Positions 20,576 to 30,370 of a DNA stretch of 64,000 nt are shown here, in pieces (position 1 is the first letter of the stretch; every line of letters starts with the position of its first letter). This stretch comes from Candidatus Latescibacterota bacterium (GTDB lineage Bacteria; Latescibacterota; CBDEFO01), in assembly GCA_965237525.1 (NCBI GenBank), contig CBDEFO010000004.1, forward strand, positions 448,001 through 512,000. The letters run 5' to 3'. A program made the translations under genes and the position numbers. The notes under the pieces were generated by a model. It made no database searches. It worked only from the letters and a program-made list of their open reading frames with translations, and was not told the origin of the DNA.

Positions 20576-20582
20576 TTTCGGG

Positions 20583-21389
20583 CTATTGCAGGCTGAACGC
20601 CTTGAAATCCCAAGCAAAGCCGGTAGTAATCTCCCATTCGGGGCTTTCTTCGGCCAATCCAACACTGACCATTACATCTAACCTGGGTCCCTTCTTACTC
20701 TTGAACTGAAGACCGGCGCGGACGGATAAGAGGTCATCGAACTGTGATCTCCCTTTTCTTGCGTATATCTCAGATAGGAAGCTGAGAGTCCCTTTCGACG
20801 GGTACATAAGCGACAGTCCAAAAGTGTAGACATCGTGCTGGGCGTTGTTCCTTGTCGGATTTCCGAGGATGCCTAACCCTAAGTCCAAAGAAGTGCGCAG
20901 CGAGCCGAAATTCTTGGTGATCGGGAACGATCCCATAAAGTCGTTTCCATCTGTGCCAATGCCGAACTCCTCTTCGGCGTTGGGTAGCTTCGTTCCGAAC
21001 CTGACTGCTACTGAGGGATAGGATCCTCGTTCTTTGAAGAGTCTCACCTTCGTGAAGAACGTCGCATCCCCGACGTCCTTGTCGTCCCCGATGATGTCGT
21101 CACTTTGTAAGACAGCGGAGGGAAAGGCAAGCTGTATTTCGACTATCTTTCCGACTCCGATATTTACTCCGAGGACGCCCAATCTGAGCTGGGTTCTTGA
21201 GTTAGCGTTCGTTCGGAAGTTGTAGCTTTTGCCCCAATACTCAAAGCCGATCTCCAGTTCCATTCTGCCCGGAGCCAGGAGTTCTGCGTTTTCTGTGATG
21301 AATTGCCTCTGTGCGTAGACGGATTCATAAGCTGTAAGGAAGATTATAAAGGTAAGAAAAAGAGGCACCATCCTTCGGCAAAGATCCAT
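20583..21389 (-). CDS. putative outer-membrane beta-barrel (MetA/phenol-degradation transporter-like)
   Basis: Signal peptide, VGDATFFTKVRL and KLPNA..GIGT segments, alternating beta pattern, aromatic C-terminus. Confidence 0.6.
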   Translation of the reverse strand: MDLCRRMVPLFLTFIIFLTAYESVYAQRQFITENAELLAPGRMELEIGFEYWGKSYNFRTNANSRTQLRLGVLGVNIGVGKIVEIQLAFPSAVLQSDDIIGDDKDVGDATFFTKVRLFKERGSYPSVAVRFGTKLPNAEEEFGIGTDGNDFMGSFPITKNFGSLRTSLDLGLGILGNPTRNNAQHDVYTFGLSLMYPSKGTLSFLSEIYARKGRSQFDDLLSVRAGLQFKSKKGPRLDVMVSVGLAEESPEWEITTGFAWDFKAFSLQ

Positions 21390-21408
21390 TTAATTCTCCG
21401 ATTTCAAT

Positions 21409-21930
21409 CTACTCCGTATATTCGTCCTGACCGAGTCCCACCTTCGTGAGCGCTGCTGCTGTCGGGATGGACACGGCGAGCCCCAATATCGCCTGAAAGG
21501 TGTTGCCGGGCAGTGCTCCCAAGGCGGCGCCCCACCCGAACAGCTGAGTTTCACATATAAAGTAGCCGGACAGCATCCAGGCTCCGCCCAGAAGGATTAT
21601 GGGAATAGCCATAAGGATGCCGGTTCTGTCCAGAAGCGACCTTCGAGTCATACTGAAAAGTTTTCCGACCAAAAGTCCCTCTATCCCCTTTATAAATAGC
21701 GTCATCGGCGCCCAGAGCAAGTATCCGCCCAAGAGGTCGGCTAAAGATGATCCCAGGCCCCCTGCTATAGCTCCAGTTTTTGCCCCGAACAGAAGGGCTG
21801 AGACGAACACCATCGAGTCGCCCAGATTTACATAGCCCTTGGTAGCTGGAGTAGGCACCTTTACGATCATGGTAGCCACAGCGGTCAGGGCAGTAAGCAG
21901 AGACAATCTGGCAAGTTCCCTTGTGGTCAT
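21409..21930 (-). CDS. ECF transporter S component
   Basis: P.TKGYVNLGD..V, GGLGSSLADLLGGY..WAP.TL.IKG; hydrophobic. Confidence 0.88.
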   Translation of the reverse strand: MTTRELARLSLLTALTAVATMIVKVPTPATKGYVNLGDSMVFVSALLFGAKTGAIAGGLGSSLADLLGGYLLWAPMTLFIKGIEGLLVGKLFSMTRRSLLDRTGILMAIPIILLGGAWMLSGYFICETQLFGWGAALGALPGNTFQAILGLAVSIPTAAALTKVGLGQDEYTE

Positions 21931-21943
21931 AGAACTCTCTAAC

Positions 21944-22117
21944 TTAGAAGTTGCCGGTCTTTTCCCTTATGTTCTTGACCGCTTTTTCCGCCTGATCTCC
22001 TCTGAGAACTATCTCCCCCAAGATGGGGCAGTATATCTTAACTATCGTCTGGGACTTGTCTCCGGGAAGCTTGCCCACCTGCTTTCTCTCTCTGATGATT
22101 CTCGGCGTACATTCCAC
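21944..22117 (-). CDS. 57-aa hypothetical protein absent from the ORF track
   Basis: GGAGGT RBS, GTG start, MECTPRIIRERKQVGKLPGDKSQTIVKIYCPILGEIVLRGDQAEKAVKNIREKTGNF; fills the gap between co-oriented genes. Confidence 0.65.
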   Translation of the reverse strand: MECTPRIIRERKQVGKLPGDKSQTIVKIYCPILGEIVLRGDQAEKAVKNIREKTGNF

Positions 22118-22133
22118 AGCTTTTTACCTCCTT

Positions 22134-23321
22134 TTAGATGACTTTCTTCTTCTTTAAATCTGCTATCTTCTCGTCGCTCAAATCTGCAATGTTCTTTAAG
22201 ACCTCATCAGTATGCTCGCCCAGAAGTGGGGCAGAGTCGGTTATCTCCACTCTATCCTCTGAGAATTTCAAGGGAGATCCTGCAACCTTCAGCTTTCCGA
22301 TCTTCTTATGTTCTGACTCTAATATCATGCCCCTTGCCCTGACGTGTTCGTCCTCCACAACTTTGTCTATTGTATTTATAGGACCGCAGGGGACATTTGC
22401 CCGATGAAGCATCTCCTCCCACTCCAGAGAGGTCTTGGTTAGAAGACTTTGGGCTAGGATAGGTCGAAGTTCTTCATAGTTATCCGTCCTGTCGGCATTG
22501 GTTCGAAATCTCTTATCTTCAATTAAGTGTGGGAGTCCCAACACCTCGCAGAGCTTTGCCCACAACATATTATTGCCCGCAGCTATTACTATGTATCCGT
22601 CCTTGGTCTGGAGGAATTCAAAGGGCGTAATGGTCGGATGACGGGATCCTAGCGGTTTGGGCACTTCTCCATTTACAGAATAGCGAGCGATGGCATTCTC
22701 CAGAAGCGAGACCTGACAGTCCAGCATGGCTATATCTATGTGTTGTCCCACGCCCGTGAACTCTCTGGCGTAAAGAGCGGAGACTACACCTACCACAGCG
22801 TACATAGACGCTCCCAGGTCACCTATAGATGTGCCGACCCTGACGGGCGGATCTCCCTCTCTTCCAGTTAGACTGGCTATTCCCCCCATTCCCTGTATGA
22901 TGGCGTCGTAGGCGGGTCTCTCTGAGTAGGGACCCGTCTGTCCGAAGCCCGATATAGAGGTGTATATAAGTCTTGGATTTTCACCTTTTAGAGATTCGTA
23001 ATCGAGCCCAAACTTCTTCATCGTCCCCGGTGTGAAGTTCTCCACGAGCACATCGCACTTGCGGGCCAATTTCGCCAAAATTTCAGCGCCTTCCCTCTTT
23101 CTCATATCCAGGGTTACGCTCTTTTTGCCCCTATTTATACTGATGAAGTAGGTGCTCTCTTTGTCCTTGAAAGGACCTATGCCTCTTGCTTCATCTCCTG
23201 TCCTTGGAAGCTCAATTTTAATTACCTCGGCCCCCATGTCAGCCAAGATCATCGTGGCATAGGGCCCTGACAGGACTCTGCTCGTGTCTAAGACTCTCAC
23301 TCCTCTCAAGGGTCCAGTCAT
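22134..23321 (-). CDS. CaiB/BaiF (family III) CoA-transferase
   Basis: PLRGVRVLD...GPYATMILADMGAEVIKIE, NRGKKS, ENFTPG, GFGQTGP; ATG at 23321 after AGGAG. Confidence 0.93.
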   Translation of the reverse strand: MTGPLRGVRVLDTSRVLSGPYATMILADMGAEVIKIELPRTGDEARGIGPFKDKESTYFISINRGKKSVTLDMRKREGAEILAKLARKCDVLVENFTPGTMKKFGLDYESLKGENPRLIYTSISGFGQTGPYSERPAYDAIIQGMGGIASLTGREGDPPVRVGTSIGDLGASMYAVVGVVSALYAREFTGVGQHIDIAMLDCQVSLLENAIARYSVNGEVPKPLGSRHPTITPFEFLQTKDGYIVIAAGNNMLWAKLCEVLGLPHLIEDKRFRTNADRTDNYEELRPILAQSLLTKTSLEWEEMLHRANVPCGPINTIDKVVEDEHVRARGMILESEHKKIGKLKVAGSPLKFSEDRVEITDSAPLLGEHTDEVLKNIADLSDEKIADLKKKKVI

Positions 23322-23471
23322 CGTCTTTTGACTCCTAAAAGAATACCAAATTGGCAGAAAGTAAAGATCAGTAGGTAGCCAGAAACATAAGCCTAAATTA
23401 GACTGGAAGAGAGTCAAAGTCAAGCGGTTTGTTATAGGCTTATATAAATCTCAAAAATTAGCAAAAATACC

Positions 23472-23500
23472 TTGACAGACAGATATAGTTGTTTTATGCT
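23472..23500 (+). promoter_or_regulatory. sigma70-type promoter of DtxR-family gene
   Basis: TTGACA-17 nt-TATGCT. Confidence 0.55.
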
Positions 23501-23566
23501 TATGTCAGATGTTTTAATATTAAATTATTTGATAACCATGCCAAACTAATTCGGGAAGTGATAAAA

Positions 23567-24088
23567 ATGTTAGAAGAGGTTTGGAAGAGCTTTGACGAGA
23601 ACAATATCACTCACAGCGTGGCGCATCATCTGATGTCAATCTTGGAACTGACTCAGGACCACGGATACGCCCGTGTATCTGATATTGCCAGGAATTTAGA
23701 CATAACCAGGGGAAGTGTATCTATTACTCTCAGGCCACTTAAGACGAGAGGATATATCCTTCAAGACAGTAACAAATTCCTCCAACTTTCGCCTGAAGGG
23801 GAGGATCTTGCACAGGCTATCCAGTCCAAGAGAAAGATATTCATAAAATTCTTCAATGAAGTGCTCAAAGTAAGCCCCATGCAGGCGGAGATAGACGCCT
23901 GCAAGGTGGAACACTTGATCAGCGACCAAACGGCTGAAAAGCTTCTGAGCTTCTTACGATTTCTCTTTCAGGATAATGAAGAGACTCATGCACTCCTGGC
24001 TGCGTTTGAAAAACACCAAGACGGATGTACCGATTTGGAGCAATGTTCAGTCAGCGATGAGGGCGAATGCCTTATGCATAAGTCCTAA
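23567..24088 (+). CDS. DtxR/MntR family metal-dependent regulator, copy 1
   Basis: ARVSDIARNLDITRGSVS HTH, AEIDACKVEHLIS, Cys-rich tail. Confidence 0.88.
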   Translation: MLEEVWKSFDENNITHSVAHHLMSILELTQDHGYARVSDIARNLDITRGSVSITLRPLKTRGYILQDSNKFLQLSPEGEDLAQAIQSKRKIFIKFFNEVLKVSPMQAEIDACKVEHLISDQTAEKLLSFLRFLFQDNEETHALLAAFEKHQDGCTDLEQCSVSDEGECLMHKS

Positions 24089-24351
24089 GAGAGTTCCAAT
24101 CCAAAGAATGCCATTCGGTGTTATCTTAAATTGAATTTTCCCCCCGTTGTGATCAACCGTAAACTATATAACAAGAGATGATTATTCTCTCTTACGGTGA
24201 TTTTGATGCCAAAAATGATAAAAATGGAATCGTTTGCAAGAATCTCTCTTTTTTGTTGCTAAGTACAAGAAATTACGAAGTGTTGTAGGACCTGTGATAC
24301 AGGTATGGCTCCTTGCGAATGCTAACGCTTCATCAATTTGGTCATTTTTCC

Positions 24352-24380
24352 TTGACAAACCGGCGATTCCTGTGTATATT
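24352..24380 (+). promoter_or_regulatory. sigma70-type promoter of Rrf2 fusion gene
   Basis: TTGACA-17 nt-TATATT with extended -10 TG. Confidence 0.6.
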
Positions 24381-24439
24381 TGGTAAACAGAAAAAAACGG
24401 TGTCTTTTCTGATTTAAAATAGCAATTACCTGAAACCTT

Positions 24440-25495
24440 ATGAAACTATCCCACTCAGCACTCTACGCTATCCAGGGTGTCCTTTATCTGGCCCAGAATA
24501 AGGATCGCGACCTGATAACGACCCACGAGATCAGCGAAAGCTACAACATTTCTGAGATTCACCTGGCAAAGATGTTCCAAGTCCTTGCCCGAAGGGGCCT
24601 TTTGCGTTCCAGCCGTGGTCGATCGGGAGGATTCGGACTGGCCCGTCCGCCGAACCAGATCACCATGCTGGAGGTCATCGAGGCGGTGGAGGGATCATTT
24701 GTCAACTATGCTCAGATGACCTGTTCCGATCAGTTCCATTGTGAGAAAGACCAAAGTTCGAGACAGATGGAAACTTCCGATGCCTTTGAGGAGCCGACGG
24801 CGGAGTGCCAGCCCTTTGGCTCTCTGACGGTAGGTGACTGTGCCGGGACGCCGTCGGTCACCACCCTTTTGATAAAGGGTCAACAGAAGATGCTTGACAC
24901 CTGGCGGCAGTCGACCTTCGACCGGCTGGTCGAGCTAGACTCGAGCCTGCGCACCGAATCGCGGCGCCGTGCGGAGAACCGATCGCACATCGGACGGATC
25001 TTTGACCTCGCTATTCAGGTTGAGCTGAAGGCATCGTCCATCTACCTTGCCCTGCACACGCAGTTCTGGCAGAACCCAGAGCTTGCCTACATCTGGTATA
25101 ACCTTTCTCTGGAGGAGAAGGGACACGCCAGTTGGTTGGAGATGGAGCGTAACCTGTTCCATGATCAATCACCCAACGTGGCGGTGGAGGAGCCTCCCCA
25201 GGGGTATTCGGAGGACCAGCTTCAGCACCTTCTGAACAAGCTAGCGCGCATCCAGGACGAAGTCAACCGGGGGGAGGTATCCAAGCCGCGCAGCTTCGAG
25301 ATCTTTCAGGAGATCGAGTCGGACATTTCTGAGAAGAACTACCCAAGAGTGCTTACTGGCTATGACGAGGTGATAGGTACTCTGCTGAAGAGTCCATTTG
25401 TGGAGGAGTCGCAGTTCCATTGTCTGATGGAGCAGCATGCTCAGGAGCTTGCCAGTGAGTCCGATGTGTCCGTGCCCAAGGAGCGTAACGCGTAA
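24440..25495 (+). CDS. Rrf2-family regulator fused to a ferritin/rubrerythrin-like domain
   Basis: N-terminal LRSSRGRSGGFGLARPP.QITMLEVIEAVEG; C-terminal AIQVELKASSIY...LSLEEKGH carboxylate/His pattern. Confidence 0.78.
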   Translation: MKLSHSALYAIQGVLYLAQNKDRDLITTHEISESYNISEIHLAKMFQVLARRGLLRSSRGRSGGFGLARPPNQITMLEVIEAVEGSFVNYAQMTCSDQFHCEKDQSSRQMETSDAFEEPTAECQPFGSLTVGDCAGTPSVTTLLIKGQQKMLDTWRQSTFDRLVELDSSLRTESRRRAENRSHIGRIFDLAIQVELKASSIYLALHTQFWQNPELAYIWYNLSLEEKGHASWLEMERNLFHDQSPNVAVEEPPQGYSEDQLQHLLNKLARIQDEVNRGEVSKPRSFEIFQEIESDISEKNYPRVLTGYDEVIGTLLKSPFVEESQFHCLMEQHAQELASESDVSVPKERNA

Positions 25496-25737
25496 TTGAT
25501 ATGAAGCCAGTTCGAGACCTCCGGGTAGCGGATTCTGGAATTCGTCATGAAGGATATGAGCCTCAACGGTTGCCATCTTTTCCTTTTGTCATCTGGATTG
25601 GCAGCCCCAAACAGTTGGTCAGCTTCTGCCAAGCCAAAAGAGTTTGATTAGTGTGTCCAAAAAACAGAAAAACAGGGTGATAATTCTGCTTAAACACCCT
25701 GCTAATTGCAAGGAGTGTTAAAGATCCCGAGGCCTTT

Positions 25738-26127
25738 GTGATTGGCTTAAGAGAGGGCGTTGAGATCGCGCTCGTTATCGGCATTATCCTGGTGATGATC
25801 AAGCGCACATCGCGCCGTGATCTGGCGCCTTCGGTATTCTGGGGGTTAGGTTCGGCGATTCTTGCCAGTATCGGTGCGGTCATAGCACTTAATGTCCTGC
25901 CTATCAATGAAGAGGCTTACGAAGGTGCAATGTACTGGGTCTCGGCTCTCTTTGTCGCCTCGATGATGTGTTGGATGCACAGTAAATCAAGGACGCTTCG
26001 TTTGGATATCGAAGCAAGGGTCGAGCAGCTGGCAGGGGGTAAGAAAGAGGCATGGGCTCTGGGGGCATTCGTGTTCCTCATGGCATTTCCCGAAGGCGCA
26101 GAGCTATTGTCTTCACCGGGGTCCTGA
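25738..26127 (+). pseudogene. FTR1/EfeU iron permease 5' fragment
   Basis: GLREGVEIALVIG REGxE motif; second motif degenerate (FPEGAE), then truncated. Confidence 0.75.
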
Positions 26128-26286
26128 ACTGGTTCGATTGATGGCTTATGTCCGGGAGATCATTCTGTTTACTGGTGTACGATAATCTGCTCTATAAGGA
26201 ACAGAACGTTGAAAGGTAGCTAAAGAGATCCTGACGCCTAAAAGAAAACGGATGGCCCTATCAAACCGATTCGGGAAGCGATCAAC

Positions 26287-26817
26287 ATGTTAGAAGGGGT
26301 CTGGAAAAGCTTCAACAAGAACAAGATCACCCGCAGCGCGGTGCATCATCTAATGTCAATTATGGAACTGACTTAGGAGCATGGATACGCCCGCGTATCA
26401 GACATTGCCAGGAATTTAGACATCACAAGGGGGAGTGTATCAGTTACTCTCAGACCACTAAAGGAGAGGGGATACATACTTGAAGACCGAAATAAATTCC
26501 TTCTCCTTTCGTCTGAGGGGGAGGGGATCGCGCAGGCTGTTCGGTCCAAAAGAAAGATATTAATAAAATTCTTCAATGAGGTGCTAAAAGTGGACCCGAT
26601 GCAGGCGGAGATAGATGCCTGCAAGGTGGAACATCTGATCAGCAGTCAAACGGCTGAGAAACTTCTGAGCTTTTTACAATTTCTATTTGACAGGAACAAG
26701 GAGACTCAGGCATTTTTGGATGTGTTTTTAAAGCGTAAAGAACGCAAAGATATATGTGCTGATTTAGATCAATGTCCAGTGTGTGACGGGGGTGAATGTC
26801 TTATGCAACAGTTCTAA
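26287..26817 (+). pseudogene. DtxR/MntR family regulator copy 2 with in-frame TAG at 26374-26376
   Basis: Colinear with 23567-24088; ACT TAG GAG here versus ACT CAG GAC in copy 1; no other stop. Confidence 0.85.
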
Positions 26818-27026
26818 TGAAGTTCTAATCGCAGCCGACGCTTACCATTCATCTTTTACAAGATCAGATGTGACTAAAATTAAACAACCAAGCAAAGGCA
26901 ACTCAACCACAAGAACTTAACCCATTTTATTATAAGCGTCCTTTTAATCGCCTTTCAGCAAAGTTAATTTGTCATTTCTTGATAATAAGTCTTAATAACA
27001 ACAAAAACAGAAAGGAGGTCATCAAA

Positions 27027-28187
27027 ATGCTTTTAACAAGGCCTGTGGTATTGGCAGTATTATGCATCTTGGTTACTTACAGTGGCTTGACGTGGGCGGA
27101 GGAAGTTGAAAAGGAGCGTCCAACATTGCCGGGAGGGATGTACGACAAACCCTATATACGGCGAGCCGGAAGGGGTGCTCTCCTGGGAGGATACATGGAC
27201 CACGAGTTCGAGTGGGCGGAAGACGGGGATAAGACCTTCGATCAGCACAGATTTATCCCCTTTATCTATTCGGAGATCACAGACCGCATCCACGTATCTA
27301 CAGAGATAGAGTACGAGCACGGAGGATTGGTAAAGGGAAAAGGGGAGACGGACGGCGAGATAAAGTTGGAGTTTGCCTCTTTCGACTTTCTGATAGACGA
27401 ATGGTTGAACTTCCGCGGCGGAGTCATATTGTCCCCGCTTGGGAAATTTAATCTCATACACGACAGCCCAATAAACGATCTTACGGACAGACCTATGGTT
27501 GACATAGATATTATTCCCACGACCTTGTCTGAAGCAGGCATTGGATTCTATGGGACGCTCTATCCGACTGAGCTTTCACTCTTGGGCTATGAGATATATG
27601 TGGTGAACGGCTTCAATAACGGGATTATAAGGGACGGTGATATCAGGACCAGGAGCGGAAGAGGGAGTCAAAAAAACGATAATAACGAGGATAAGGCGAT
27701 TGCAGCAAGAGTGAATTTCAGTCCGAAATTGGGCATAGATTTGGGAGCATCTGTTCATACGGGGGATTACGACGACGAGGGCAAACACAATCTGACGATT
27801 TTCGCTCTGGACGGCGCATATACCAGAGGTGCCTTAGACCTTCTAGTTGAGTATGTAAGAGCGGAGATAGATATAGACAAGGCTGACTTACCGAACGCCG
27901 CAGAGTCTCAGCTGGGCTATTACCTTCAGGGAAGCTATCATTTTCTACACGACGTAATCCTGCCCGGCTCTGTATCTACAGGCGTGGTCAGATGGGACTC
28001 CGTAGATTTCGATGCGGATATAGAGGGCGATGATGAGGAACGACTGACCTTGGGCTTAAATTTTAGACCTGTGGAAGATTCTGTCTTCAAGATAGACTGG
28101 CAGTTCAATTGGGAGAGGGGCGAAAATATTAGCACTCGGAGCGAGCCGAAGAACCGCTTCTTTTTCTCGATAGCTTCCTATTTTTAG
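27027..28187 (+). CDS. outer-membrane porin-like protein (OprO/P-like)
   Basis: AGGAGG RBS, signal peptide, EIEYEHG and EFASFDF..RGG segments, C-terminal YF. Confidence 0.75.
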   Translation: MLLTRPVVLAVLCILVTYSGLTWAEEVEKERPTLPGGMYDKPYIRRAGRGALLGGYMDHEFEWAEDGDKTFDQHRFIPFIYSEITDRIHVSTEIEYEHGGLVKGKGETDGEIKLEFASFDFLIDEWLNFRGGVILSPLGKFNLIHDSPINDLTDRPMVDIDIIPTTLSEAGIGFYGTLYPTELSLLGYEIYVVNGFNNGIIRDGDIRTRSGRGSQKNDNNEDKAIAARVNFSPKLGIDLGASVHTGDYDDEGKHNLTIFALDGAYTRGALDLLVEYVRAEIDIDKADLPNAAESQLGYYLQGSYHFLHDVILPGSVSTGVVRWDSVDFDADIEGDDEERLTLGLNFRPVEDSVFKIDWQFNWERGENISTRSEPKNRFFFSIASYF

Positions 28188-28193
28188 ACAAAA

Positions 28194-28844
28194 ATGGAGG
28201 AGATCAGAATCTGTAAGCAATGTCATTGTGAGCGAAGAGAGGCAATCAGAATTTTCCTGTGCGTTGTGATATTGAGCTTTCCATGGGGATCAGTTTACGC
28301 TCAACGGGAAGAGAGACCGAGCCAGGAGGAGATAGGTTCTATCCAGGTCTATCTGACCGAGGAGGAGGCTTTAAGTAAGATGTTTGCGAACGCCGACAGC
28401 GTCTCCCTCGAAGAACATATTTTGAGCGATGAGGAGAAGAAGGAGATAGAGGGACGTTTGGGATGGAGATTGGAACAGAACCGGTTCAAGGTCTCAATCG
28501 GATGGAGCAAAGGGAAGGTCGCCGGCTATGCGATGATAGCGAACCAGATAGGTATGTACAGACCCATCACCTTTATAGTCAAGGTCGACCCCGAAGGGAA
28601 AATAGCGAATATGGCTATTATGGTGTATAGAGAATCGAGGGGAGGAGAAGTTAAAAGAAAGCGTTTTTTGCACCAATTTTTCGGAAAAAGTTCGCAAAGC
28701 AAAATCAGAATGAACAGGGATATTATCAATATCACAGGGGCTACTCTATCTGTTAGGGCTGTGATCGCTGGCACCAAGAGGGTCTTGACCCTGATAGACG
28801 AACTCTATCTGAGGGAGGGAAATGGCGCAAGTAAGAATAGATAA
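28194..28844 (+). CDS. FMN-binding (flavinylation substrate) periplasmic protein
   Basis: YRESRGGEV...FL.QF.GK and ITGATLS [S/T]GA[S/T] motif. Confidence 0.82.
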   Translation: MEEIRICKQCHCERREAIRIFLCVVILSFPWGSVYAQREERPSQEEIGSIQVYLTEEEALSKMFANADSVSLEEHILSDEEKKEIEGRLGWRLEQNRFKVSIGWSKGKVAGYAMIANQIGMYRPITFIVKVDPEGKIANMAIMVYRESRGGEVKRKRFLHQFFGKSSQSKIRMNRDIINITGATLSVRAVIAGTKRVLTLIDELYLREGNGASKNR

Positions 28845-29589
28845 ACCGACCAAGAGAGGCACTCTTGTCAACGAATCTAATGGAGCTGTAAAGAGACGTA
28901 AGGATATAACCAAGCAGGTTCATCGGTATATAGGAGCCTCAAGCGCTGTCTTCATATTCCTGGTTTCTGTAAGCGGGTTACTTTTGCACTATCCTGGACT
29001 CTTGGGAGGAGCAGCCGAGAAGACTCTTTCGATAGCTGTGGACCCTGAAGATCACACAAGGTTGTTCAAAGGTACTAACATGGGATTGTACCTGTCCCAG
29101 GACAGCGGCGAAAGCTGGAATGAAGTTCCCATGCTGCTTCCGGCTGAAAACGTAGTGGACGTAACCTTTGCACCGGATGAGACAAATACAGTCTACGTGG
29201 CTATGAAAGATTTCGGAGTGATACGGTCGTATGACGGCGGGAGCATATGGGAGCATCTAAATCTGCCCTTTGTACCGGCTGCAGAAGGAATTGAGATTAG
29301 AAGTCTGGCTTTAGGCCCCCAAGGAACGATTTGGTTGAATACATCTCAGGGCGCTCTGTCGAGTTCAAATGGAGGCCAAATCTGGCGATGGTTGGAAAAG
29401 GAGGATGAATCAAATGGGCTCTGGGATGTGGTACATTCGATTCATACGGGATATTTCTTCGGAGAATGGTTTACCTATGTCTACGATGTTACTGCCCTCG
29501 GGTTAGTCCTGCTTATAGCCACCGGTATTTACATCTGGCGAACAACCAACGGAAGGAATTCGAGGGGAAACAGAAAACCTACTCCTTGA
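28822..29589 (+). CDS. PepSY-associated TM protein with BNR/Asp-box propeller insert
   Basis: HRYIG...VSGLLLH and IHTGYFFG...TGIYIW haem-type helices; SQDSGESW, SYDGGSIW, SSNGGQIW repeats. Confidence 0.75.
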   Translation: MAQVRIDKPTKRGTLVNESNGAVKRRKDITKQVHRYIGASSAVFIFLVSVSGLLLHYPGLLGGAAEKTLSIAVDPEDHTRLFKGTNMGLYLSQDSGESWNEVPMLLPAENVVDVTFAPDETNTVYVAMKDFGVIRSYDGGSIWEHLNLPFVPAAEGIEIRSLALGPQGTIWLNTSQGALSSSNGGQIWRWLEKEDESNGLWDVVHSIHTGYFFGEWFTYVYDVTALGLVLLIATGIYIWRTTNGRNSRGNRKPTP

Positions 29590-29788
29590 TAGAATTGAGA
29601 CATATTCTGTCCTTGCACCCGTTCGTTTCGCTTGACATATAGCTGCGGATGTGATATTTCAACTCACGCACCAGGAGGCTCAGGAAGGGGTCGCAAAGTC
29701 CGTCGAATATCTGAGAAGCTTAGGGTTGCGTCTTGTAGCAACACGACCGGGCGACAGCTATGTTTCAGCTCAATAGACGACTGTAAAG

Positions 29789-30355
29789 CTATCCTGTCCT
29801 GCCGAAGTTATCCAGAAAGATCACAAAGTCCGACAGACCGATCTCTCCATTGCCGTCTAAATCAAATGTGGGATTCCAATCGGCTGAACTTGTCGGTGCC
29901 CCGAATACATCCAGAAAAAAGACAAAATCGGAGAGGCCCACTTCGTTATCACCGTCGAAATCTCCTGTGAGATCAAGAACTAAAATATGGTCAGAAAGAT
30001 TTAACAACACTGAAACACCACTATTACTGGTCACAGCTAAGTCATCATCTCCATCTAAATCCGCACTGAATACTGACCAGGGACTATGCCCAACGTAATA
30101 ATCCACCTTATCTGCAAATGTCCCATCCCCATTATTCAAAAACAATGATACAGTATCGCTGCCACTATTAGCCACAGCCAGGTCATTAGCACCATCTCCA
30201 TCTAAATCCGCACTGAATATTGATCTAGGACTATCCCCAACGGTATAGTCAGCCTTGAGTCCGAAAAGTTCCTGTGCATAGGCAGGCGCGTTCAAAGCGA
30301 CGAACAGCACCAGGACAGCCTGTTTGATCTTTTGGTCTATCTCAATAAGTGCCAT
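29789..30355 (-). CDS. FG-GAP/VCBS repeat protein with C-terminal EF-hand/dockerin-like tail; probably chimeric or internally deleted
   Basis: ADLDGDGANDLAVAN repeats; DFDGDNEVGLSDF / DLDGNGEIGLSDF pair; first 40 nt duplicated at 31663-31702. Confidence 0.65.
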   Translation of the reverse strand: MALIEIDQKIKQAVLVLFVALNAPAYAQELFGLKADYTVGDSPRSIFSADLDGDGANDLAVANSGSDTVSLFLNNGDGTFADKVDYYVGHSPWSVFSADLDGDDDLAVTSNSGVSVLLNLSDHILVLDLTGDFDGDNEVGLSDFVFFLDVFGAPTSSADWNPTFDLDGNGEIGLSDFVIFLDNFGRTG

Positions 30356-30370
30356 AATATGGTTACGTCC

